Assembly: GCA_036149055.1 (NCBI GenBank)
Contig: JAYZQJ010000279.1
Span: forward strand, 1 to 64,000
Origin: Myxococcota bacterium
GTDB lineage: Bacteria; Myxococcota_A; Polyangia; Polyangiales; Sandaracinaceae
Direction of reading: 5' to 3'
Length of the DNA: 64,000 nucleotides
A program made the translations under genes and the position numbers. The notes below the pieces were generated by a model. The model searched no databases. It worked only from the letters and a program-made list of their open reading frames with translations, and was not told the origin of the DNA. This document shows positions 27,567 to 35,155 of the stretch, one piece after another (the first letter of the stretch is position 1; each line of letters starts with the position of its first letter).

Positions 27567-28784
27567 TTGGGCGTCGAGACTCACACCAGCAGCACCATCA
27601 CGCTGAGGCAGGCGGTCCGGGCGGAGCCGTTCTCGGACGCGTCCGACTGGCTCGTGGCCTGGTCCCGGGAGATGGACGACGCCTCCTGGCGGGCGCTGCT
27701 GGGGGAGCTCGAGCGGATCGCGGCCGCGATCGCGCCCGGGTATCGCGACGTGGCCGACGCGGACGACGTGCTCGGCGAGCTGGTGATGCTGAGCTGCGAC
27801 CGGTGGCTCCCGCGCTACCTGGCCGAGCTGACCGAGGGCAAGGCGAGGACCTCGCTGCGCTCCTACCTGATGCTGCGGCTGAAGGCGCACCTCGCCGAGG
27901 AGCGGCGCAAGCGGGCGCGCCGGGAGAGGCTGCTCCGCGCGGCGGTGCCGCCGAAGCTCGAGCGGGGCGAGGCCCCGGAGCACGCGGCCAGCGACGACGA
28001 CCCGCACGGTGACCTGGTGGCGCGGGAGCTGATGCGGCTCGGCGGGGCGGACGAGGAGCTGCGCGAGATCCTCCGGCTGCGCATCGCCGGCTTCTCTCAG
28101 GAGGAGATCGCCGAGCGCATGCGCCTGTCGCGGCCCACGGTGTCGCGACGCATCGGCGCGATCGGCGCCATCCTCACGGCGATGATCGCGGGCTGGCTGC
28201 TCGCCGCGCTGACCCAGACCGAGGCGCCGGCGCCGAAGGCGGCGCTGAAGGACGAGGCCGGGCCCGCCGAGGCGGCCACGCCCGAGGCGCTCGCCACCCG
28301 GTTCGGGGACCTGCCGGCGCACCGCTCGCCGTACTTCGTCTCCGACCCGGACGTGCGCGCGGTCGGGGAGCGGGCGTTCCACGGCTGCTGGCTGGCGCGC
28401 GGCAGCCGCGAGACGACGATGTTCGACGTCCGGCTCACCACCGACGCGGCGGGCGCGGTGATCGACGCGCAGGTCTCGGACGGCCCGGCCGCGCTGCGCG
28501 AGTGCGTGGCCGAGCAGGCGTCGCAGCTCGTCATCCCGGCGCGGCCGCGGCAGGCGATCGTGACCCGGATCGGGACCCCGCACCTGACGAGCGAGGACCG
28601 GCTCTCGGTGGCGCGCAGCTGCTTCGACCGCGGCGAGCTCGAGTGCACCGTGTACGTGCTCGAGAACCACGCGGTGAGCGAGGCGGAGATCTCCCTCCTG
28701 GCCGACGCCTACGAGCGGCTGGGCGACGAGACGTCCGCGCGTCAGGCGCGCGAGCGACAGGTCGACGTGCCCGCGGGGCTGTGA
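27567..28784 (+). CDS. Membrane-anchored ECF-sigma-like protein 2 (paralog) with AgmX-like domain and TPR-like tail
   Basis: RDVADADDVLGELVMLSCDRWLPRYLAEL...SLRSYLMLRLKAHLAEERRK; EILRLRIAGFSQEEIAERMRLSRPTVSRRI; TM; AFHGCW...AGAVIDAQV...LRECV. Confidence 0.7.
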   Translation: MGVETHTSSTITLRQAVRAEPFSDASDWLVAWSREMDDASWRALLGELERIAAAIAPGYRDVADADDVLGELVMLSCDRWLPRYLAELTEGKARTSLRSYLMLRLKAHLAEERRKRARRERLLRAAVPPKLERGEAPEHAASDDDPHGDLVARELMRLGGADEELREILRLRIAGFSQEEIAERMRLSRPTVSRRIGAIGAILTAMIAGWLLAALTQTEAPAPKAALKDEAGPAEAATPEALATRFGDLPAHRSPYFVSDPDVRAVGERAFHGCWLARGSRETTMFDVRLTTDAAGAVIDAQVSDGPAALRECVAEQASQLVIPARPRQAIVTRIGTPHLTSEDRLSVARSCFDRGELECTVYVLENHAVSEAEISLLADAYERLGDETSARQARERQVDVPAGL

Positions 28785-28838
28785 GCGCCTCGCTCGAACC
28801 GGATCGCGCCTTCGTCCCACGTCGGAGTCGGAGGCTCC

Positions 28839-29420
28839 ATGCAGGAAGAAGACATCCCCCTGGACGCGGCGATGCGCGGCTGGCCCGGCACCCCGGAGGC
28901 GGCGCGCTGGCGGCGCGTCGCGCGAGACCTGGACGAGGCGAGCTGGACGCAGCTGAGGGCGGCGCTCGACGAGCTGGCGTTCGAGATGGCCGCCCGGCAC
29001 CGCGACCTGGTGGACGCGGACGCGCTGAGCGCGGAGCTGCTCCCGCTCGCGGTGGATCGCTGGATCCCCGAGCACCTCGTCCGCCTGGAGCGAGGCAAGG
29101 CCCACCTCTCCGTGCGCGCGTTCCTCGCCGCGCGGCTCGAGGCGCGCCGGGCCAGGCGCCGGGAGGAGCAGCGGCGGACCGACGAGCTCCGCTCGGGCGA
29201 GGCGCCTCGCCTCGCGGTCGGCCCGAGGACGCAGCGGGACGAGCGGCTCGAGCGGGTGCTCGCCCTCGGCGACGCCGGCTTCGGCGCCGAGGAGATCCGG
29301 CGTCTCATGAACGTGGTCGACCGGCGCGTGGGCGTCGGACCCTCCGCGCGGGCGCTCGGCGCAGGGCTGCTCCTGGCGCTGGGCCTCGCCGGAGGCGCGG
29401 CGCTCGTGCTCGCGGGCTAA
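28839..29420 (+). CDS. Diverged, truncated third paralog of the ECF-like proteins, ending in a TM helix
   Basis: LDEASWTQL, HRDLVDADAL, DRWIPEHL, GKAHLSVRAFL align with paralogs 1/2; partial GFGAEEI; GGAGG RBS. Confidence 0.6.
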   Translation: MQEEDIPLDAAMRGWPGTPEAARWRRVARDLDEASWTQLRAALDELAFEMAARHRDLVDADALSAELLPLAVDRWIPEHLVRLERGKAHLSVRAFLAARLEARRARRREEQRRTDELRSGEAPRLAVGPRTQRDERLERVLALGDAGFGAEEIRRLMNVVDRRVGVGPSARALGAGLLLALGLAGGAALVLAG

Positions 29421-29449
29421 TGCGAGATCCATCCCGGTCGAGAACGTCG

Positions 29450-29484
29450 AGAGCCCGCGCGCCGGGGGGCGAGCGGGCTCTTCG
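29450..29484. terminator. Hairpin terminator between convergent genes
   Basis: AGAGCCCGC...GCGGGCTCT stem. Confidence 0.55.
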
Positions 29485-29503
29485 TCGGGCGCGTCGTCGG
29501 GGC

Positions 29504-30703
29504 TCAGCCCTGCATGTTGGTGCCGCACTCGGCGCAGAACTTCGCGCCCGGCGCCGCCACGGTGCCGCACGAGGGGCACGGCTTCGGCTGGGGCACGAGC
29601 GAGCTGCCGCACTCGGCGCAGAACTTCCCGGGGGGGACGCTCGCCTGACAGGAGGGGCACTGGACCATGCCCCCCGCCTGCTGCGGCTGCGGCGGCTGGG
29701 GCGGGTAGCCCTGCTGCGGGTGACCCTGCGGCGGGTGACCCTGCGGCGGGTAGCCCTGCTGGGGCGGGTAGCCCTGCTGCGGCTGCTGCATGTTCTGGGC
29801 GAACATGTTGGCCATGGCGAAGCCCATGCCGAGGCCGGCGCCGCCCTGCATCGCGCCGCCGCCCTCGCCGCCCCCCTGGGCCATGCCCTGACCGGCGCCG
29901 AGCATCGCCTCACCGGCGGCGTAGTTCATGAAGTTGCCGCCGCCGAGCTCGTCCTTCGCCCGCTTCTTGACCTTGAGGTCGGCGTAGCGCGCCTGCGCCT
30001 CCTCGAGGCGCTTCTGGTCGTCGGCGTCGAAGTTGATGGAGAAGTCGCCGAGCTCGAGGAACTGCACTCCGATCTCGGAGAGGTCCTCGCACTTCTGCAT
30101 GAACATCTGCCCGATCTCGTCGTGGTAGGCGGCCAGGTGCTGGACCTCCACCTTCTGGCGGATGATGAACTGCGGCAGGCTCTTCTTCACCGCGTTCATG
30201 AACTTGGTCGTGATCCAGCGCTCGACCTGCTCGTTCGACTGCTGGCCGCCCATGCCGAGGTAGCCGACGATGAAGCGGTCGGGGTGGGTGATCTGCCAGG
30301 CGTACTCGCCGAAGATGCGCGGGGTGAGCGTGATCTCGAGCTCGGGATCCTTGATGGGCGGGAGCGCGCCGCCGAAGCGGGCGCCGCGGAACGGGCGCAT
30401 CGTCACGAAGTAGAGATCGGTGACGAAGATGTTGCCGCCCGTGAACGAGTCCACGAGGTTGCTGAGGAACGGGATGTTGCCCGTGTCCAGGGTGTGGCGC
30501 TGCGCGGCGCCGGCCGTGCGCAGCACCCCGACGAGCGCGCCGTCACGGAAGAAGACCGCGGCCTCGTCCGCGTCGACCGTGAGCTGCGAGAACTTCGGGA
30601 TCGTCTGCTCGGGGTGCTTGTAGACGATGTAGCGCTTCGCCGCGTCGGGCCGCGCGATCATCATCTCCTGCGTGCCCTGCTTGATGAAATCCATGATCCC
30701 CAT
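29504..30703 (-). CDS. SPFH/Band-7-like protein (YdjI type) with QGYPP repeats and double zinc ribbon
   Basis: SQLTVDADEAAVFFRDG, HTLDTGNIPFL, RFGG..PIKDPE, PRIFGEY; PQQGYP repeats; CPSC..GKFCAECG twice. Confidence 0.85.
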   Translation of the reverse strand: MGIMDFIKQGTQEMMIARPDAAKRYIVYKHPEQTIPKFSQLTVDADEAAVFFRDGALVGVLRTAGAAQRHTLDTGNIPFLSNLVDSFTGGNIFVTDLYFVTMRPFRGARFGGALPPIKDPELEITLTPRIFGEYAWQITHPDRFIVGYLGMGGQQSNEQVERWITTKFMNAVKKSLPQFIIRQKVEVQHLAAYHDEIGQMFMQKCEDLSEIGVQFLELGDFSINFDADDQKRLEEAQARYADLKVKKRAKDELGGGNFMNYAAGEAMLGAGQGMAQGGGEGGGAMQGGAGLGMGFAMANMFAQNMQQPQQGYPPQQGYPPQGHPPQGHPQQGYPPQPPQPQQAGGMVQCPSCQASVPPGKFCAECGSSLVPQPKPCPSCGTVAAPGAKFCAECGTNMQG

Positions 30704-30851
30704 CGACGCGCTCCTCTTCCTCTGCGAGTGGACGGGCGAAGGATAACCATCCCGCCCCCCCGTTACTACCGGCGATTCGCGGCCCACGGCCCGACGCGCC
30801 ATCCTGCTCGGGTCGGCGGAACTCGCGAGCGCCGCCGATGTCACCGACTCC

Positions 30852-33059
30852 ATGCGCCCCAACGTCCGAGCTCTCCCCTTCATTCTCGCCCTGCTGGCCT
30901 CGGCTCCGGCGGCGGCGCAGGACGGTGGGCTGCCCTCGTGGGTCGAGCAGGACCCCTTCTCGGAGGGCGGCGACGATCCGCTCGGCATCGATCGCGCGGA
31001 CCGACTCGAGCGGGTCGAGCCCACCACGGTCGAGGAGGAGGCCCACGCGCCGATCCCCGTCCAGCGAGGCGAGATCCTCCACGCGATCGCGGGCGTCCGC
31101 GAGACGCACCACGAGGTCACGGTGGAGCTCGGTCACGGCCTGGCGGTGGTCGAGGAGCGCATGCGCTTCACCTCGAGCGCGCGGTACCCGGCGGAGCTGC
31201 GCTACCGGCTCGCGGTGCCGGAGGGAGCGTCGCTCGCCGCCCTCGAGGTCTGCAGCCCGGTCGGCTGTCGCCGCGGCGTGGACGATCCGAGCGACGGCGT
31301 GATGGGCGGCTACGACGAGGCGCTGCGCGGCCGCGGCGCCCGCTTCACCGCCCCGGTCGCCCACGCGGCTCCGGTCTCGGACGCGCGCGGCCCCGCCATC
31401 TGGGTGCGCGCGGCGCCGATCCGCCCCGCGCCGCGCGACGCGGGGAGCGAAGAGAGCCCGCTCACCCTGGTGGCGCGCTGGGTGGTGCCCGCCCCGGTGC
31501 GCGGCGGGCGCGTGCGGCTGACCTTGCCGGCGCGCGGGCGGGACCACCGCGTCGCCCCGTCGGTCCTGCGGGTGCGCTCCGCGACCCTGAGCCACGGCGC
31601 GGTGGACGACCTCGACGCGGTCGAGCGACCGGTCGAGCGCGCCGCCTGGGAGCCGGCCGAGATCACCGCTCGCCTCGACGGCGCCCCGGCGATCGAGGCG
31701 GAGGTGCTGCGGGCGCGCTGCGGTGAGCGGCGCTGCGCGCGCGCCCGGGTGGTCGCCGCGCCCCAGCCGGTGCGCCCGCGCGACATCGTGCTCCTGCTCG
31801 ACGCGTCGCCCTCGACCGCGGGCGCGGCGCGGGGCCGGATCGCGCCGGCGGTGGCCGCGCTGCTGTCGGCGCTGCCCAGCCGCTCGCGGCTCCGGGTGGT
31901 CGCGTTCGCCGCCCGGGCGGAGGCCGTGCTCGAGGCGCCGACCGCCCCGACCGACGTCCCCCTCGTGCGCGTCGCGCGGGCGCTCGAGCGCGAGCTGGGG
32001 AGCGCGACCCGCTTCGAGGCGGCTTGGGAGCTCGCCTCACCGTGGCTGCGCGAGGCGCGCGATCCGCTGGTGCTGGTGGTCGGAGACGGAGGGCTCACGA
32101 CCGGCGACGGCGCCCGGCGGGCGCTCCGCGAGGCGCAGCGCTCTGGCGCGGAGCTCGCGTTCCTGAACGTGGCCGACCGGCGCAGCACCCCCGGGCTCCG
32201 CGCCGCCGCCGAGGCCACCGACGCGACGATCGTCGACGCGGGCGACGAGGCGGATCGGGCGGCGCGGGGGCACGGCATGGAGGCGCTCGAGGAGCGCATC
32301 CGGGCGCTCCTCGCGCCGGTGATCGACCCCGACGTCACGCTCCGGGTGGGCCGGAGGACGATCTCGCTGGGCGCGCTGCGGGCGGGCGAGGAGCGGGTCT
32401 GGGAGGGCCCGGTCGCCGGCCCGGTGCGGCTGCTGAGCGCGCGCGCCTCGGCGCCCCCGGAGGCCCTCGCGCGGGCCCTCTCGGACCGGCTCTCGGGCGC
32501 CCCCCGCGCGCTGGTGGCCGCGCCCCGCGCCGAGCCCCCGAGGTCCTGCACCGCGTCCGGCACCGCGCCACGCGAGGACGCGCCGGTGCCGCAGGGGGTC
32601 CGGCTCGCGCTCGCCGACACCCGCCGCTGCGACGGCCCGCCGCCGTGGGTCGACCCGGAGCGCGAGGCGCCCGAGGTCGAGGCGCCGGAGCGGCTCGCCC
32701 GCCACGCGGATCGCTCCGGGCTGCCCGCCCGCTCGCTGCTGCATCTCCTGCGGCAGCGCATCGTCCCGGTGGCGCGGGGCTGCTTCCGCGACGACCGCCG
32801 AGGTCGCGCCGCCTACTCGACGCGCGCCGTCTACAGCTTCCGCCTCGCCGACCGCGAGGTGATCGACGCCTCCGTGGAGGGGCGGCTCAGCGCGGAGCTG
32901 CGCGCGTGCCTCGAGCGCGCGATCGACGGCCTCGAGGTGCCGCCGTTCGAGGGCTCGGTGCAGGTCCGCTACCCGCTCTACACGCGCGCGGTGGAGCGCC
33001 CCCCCACGCTCTCGCTCGACGCCGACGTCGCGGACGCGGTCGACGCCCTCGAGGAGTAA
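30852..33059 (+). CDS. Secreted VIT-like + VWA protein with C-terminal AgmX-like domain
   Basis: Signal peptide; HEVTVEL...ELRYRLAVPEGASLAALEV (VIT-like); IVLLLDASPST, GSATRF, VLVVGDG (MIDAS); ARGCF...LRACL...VRYP. Confidence 0.7.
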   Translation: MRPNVRALPFILALLASAPAAAQDGGLPSWVEQDPFSEGGDDPLGIDRADRLERVEPTTVEEEAHAPIPVQRGEILHAIAGVRETHHEVTVELGHGLAVVEERMRFTSSARYPAELRYRLAVPEGASLAALEVCSPVGCRRGVDDPSDGVMGGYDEALRGRGARFTAPVAHAAPVSDARGPAIWVRAAPIRPAPRDAGSEESPLTLVARWVVPAPVRGGRVRLTLPARGRDHRVAPSVLRVRSATLSHGAVDDLDAVERPVERAAWEPAEITARLDGAPAIEAEVLRARCGERRCARARVVAAPQPVRPRDIVLLLDASPSTAGAARGRIAPAVAALLSALPSRSRLRVVAFAARAEAVLEAPTAPTDVPLVRVARALERELGSATRFEAAWELASPWLREARDPLVLVVGDGGLTTGDGARRALREAQRSGAELAFLNVADRRSTPGLRAAAEATDATIVDAGDEADRAARGHGMEALEERIRALLAPVIDPDVTLRVGRRTISLGALRAGEERVWEGPVAGPVRLLSARASAPPEALARALSDRLSGAPRALVAAPRAEPPRSCTASGTAPREDAPVPQGVRLALADTRRCDGPPPWVDPEREAPEVEAPERLARHADRSGLPARSLLHLLRQRIVPVARGCFRDDRRGRAAYSTRAVYSFRLADREVIDASVEGRLSAELRACLERAIDGLEVPPFEGSVQVRYPLYTRAVERPPTLSLDADVADAVDALEE

Positions 33060-33132
33060 CCTCGGCCGGCTCTGGCGACCGCTCGCGGGGATCCGGGTGC
33101 CGGTGAGGCCGGCGCTGCTACCGTAGGGCTGC

Positions 33133-34386
33133 GTGGAGAGCTTCGACGCCGCGACCTTGCTCATCGAGCTGGCCGAGAAGATGGGCCTGCTGGCGGCGGC
33201 CGCGCTCGTCGCCGTGCTCTTCCCGCCGCTCCGGAACCGCCTCCTCGGCGTGGGGCGTCGGCGGGACAAGCTGGCCGCGGTCGTCCTCGGGCTCGGGCTG
33301 GCCGCCTGGGGCGCGATGCTCGGCTTCCACGTCGGCGGCGAGCACATCAACGTCCGCGCGATCGGCGTGCTCATCGCCGCCATCCTCGGCGGGTGGAAGG
33401 CGGGCGCGCTGGCCGGGCTCGGCGGCGGCCTGTTCTACTCCGCGCTCGTCGACGCCGAGACCGCGCCCTGGGTCCTCGCGGCCAGCGTGACGGACGGAGT
33501 GCTCGCCGGCGTCGTCGCCCAGCGCCGCCCGCGCTGGTTCTCGGGCTGGCGGGTCTTCGTGTCGTCGATCGGCATCCAGGCCATCCACCTGGTCGTGGTC
33601 GGCGTGGGGCTGCTCGCGGTGGGGCACGCGGCGCGGTACCTGCCCGCGTGGCCCGCCCACCTCGTGAAGCTGGTGGTGGTCGCGTCGGGGGTGACCCTCT
33701 TCGTCACCGTGGCGCGGCTCGTGGTGAGCCGGGAGGAGCAGGCGATCGCGCTCGTCGAGGCGCGCGCCGCCGCCGACACCGCCGCCCTGGAGTCGCTCCG
33801 GCGGCGGCTCGAGCCGCACTTCCTGTTCAACGCGCTCAACGTGGTGCGCGCGACCATCCGCCGCGACCCGGCCCGCGCCCGCGAGCTCGTGAGCGACCTC
33901 GCCGACCTCTATCGGTACCTGCTGTCTCACCCGGACGAGGCGCCGCTCGCGGCCGAGGTCGATCACGCGCAGGCCTACCTCGCGATCGAGCGCGCGCGGC
34001 TGGGCGACGAGCGGCTGGAGGTGACCGTGGCCCTGCCGGACGCGCTCGGCGCGGTGCGGGTGCCGCCGCTGCTGCTGCAGCCGCTGGTGGAGAACGCGGT
34101 CAAGCACGGCGTCGGGCGCCGCGACGGGCCCGGCACCGTGGCGCTCCGCGCCCGCCTCGAGGAGGACATCCTGGTGATCGAGGTGGAGGACACGGCGAGC
34201 GGCAAGAAGCTGCCGCCGATGGAGCGCGGCAGCGGCATCGCGCTGGAGACGCTGCGGCGACGCCTCGCCAAGCGCTACGGCGAGCGCGCCAGCCTCGGCC
34301 TGAGCCCGACCGGTCAGGGCATGAAGGCGGTGGTCCGCCTGCCGGTCGAGGAGAGCGAGCTGCTCGAGGGGAGGGAGGCGGCGTGA
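33133..34386 (+). CDS. LytS/YehU-family sensor histidine kinase
   Basis: 5TM-LYT-like INVRAIGVLIAAILGG; LEPHFLFNALN, YLAIERARLG, LLQPLVENAVKHG, GSGIAL. Confidence 0.92.
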   Translation: MESFDAATLLIELAEKMGLLAAAALVAVLFPPLRNRLLGVGRRRDKLAAVVLGLGLAAWGAMLGFHVGGEHINVRAIGVLIAAILGGWKAGALAGLGGGLFYSALVDAETAPWVLAASVTDGVLAGVVAQRRPRWFSGWRVFVSSIGIQAIHLVVVGVGLLAVGHAARYLPAWPAHLVKLVVVASGVTLFVTVARLVVSREEQAIALVEARAAADTAALESLRRRLEPHFLFNALNVVRATIRRDPARARELVSDLADLYRYLLSHPDEAPLAAEVDHAQAYLAIERARLGDERLEVTVALPDALGAVRVPPLLLQPLVENAVKHGVGRRDGPGTVALRARLEEDILVIEVEDTASGKKLPPMERGSGIALETLRRRLAKRYGERASLGLSPTGQGMKAVVRLPVEESELLEGREAA

Positions 34387-35117
34387 GCACGCGGAAGCTG
34401 AGAGCGATGGTGGTCGACGACGAGCCCCTCGCGCGCGACGAGCTCGTGTTCCTGCTCGAGCAGCTCGACGTGAAGGTGGTCGGCGAGGCCGGCGACGCGC
34501 CCGCGGCCCTCGCCGCGCTGGAGGCGAGCAAGCCTCACGTGGTCTTCGTCGACCTGCGCATGCCCGGGCCCGACGGCCTCGCGCTCGCCGAGACGCTGAT
34601 GAAGCGCTCGGACAGCCTCTCGGTGGTCGTGGTCAGCGCCCACGACGACGGCGCCATCCGCGCGTACGAGGCGGGGGTGGTGGACTACCTGCTCAAGCCG
34701 GTGCGGCTCGAGCGACTGGCCAAGGCGGTCGAGCGCGCCCGGGAGCGCATGCCGGCGGCCCGGAACCCCGACGCCACCCTCACCCGGCTCGCGATCAAGC
34801 GCCGCGGCAAGCTGGTGGTCGTGCAGATCGAGGACGTCGTCTACTTCGAGGTGAAGGACGAGCTCGTGTGGGCGGTGACCGACGAAGATCGCTACGCGCT
34901 CGACCTGACCCTCTCGGCGATCGAGGAGCGCGTCCCGCCAGGCGAGTTCTTCCGCAGCCACCGCGGCACCCTGGTCCGCCTCGATCGCATCGCCGGGTTC
35001 GAGCCGGCCGGCGCCGGGACCTACGCGATCCACCTCCAGCACCCCGATCGCCCGACCGTGCCCCTCGCCCGCGAGCGCGCCCGGCTGCTGAAGGAGCTGA
35101 TCCCCATCGCCGGGTGA
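34383..35117 (+). CDS. LytTR-family response regulator
   Basis: VVDDEPLARDEL, VFVDLRMPGPDG, DYLLKPV, FFRSHRGTLVRL; GTGA overlap with the kinase. Confidence 0.93.
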   Translation: MSTRKLRAMVVDDEPLARDELVFLLEQLDVKVVGEAGDAPAALAALEASKPHVVFVDLRMPGPDGLALAETLMKRSDSLSVVVVSAHDDGAIRAYEAGVVDYLLKPVRLERLAKAVERARERMPAARNPDATLTRLAIKRRGKLVVVQIEDVVYFEVKDELVWAVTDEDRYALDLTLSAIEERVPPGEFFRSHRGTLVRLDRIAGFEPAGAGTYAIHLQHPDRPTVPLARERARLLKELIPIAG

Positions 35118-35155
35118 CGCCTGCCGCGCGACCACGGCGACCCTAGGGCTGACGG

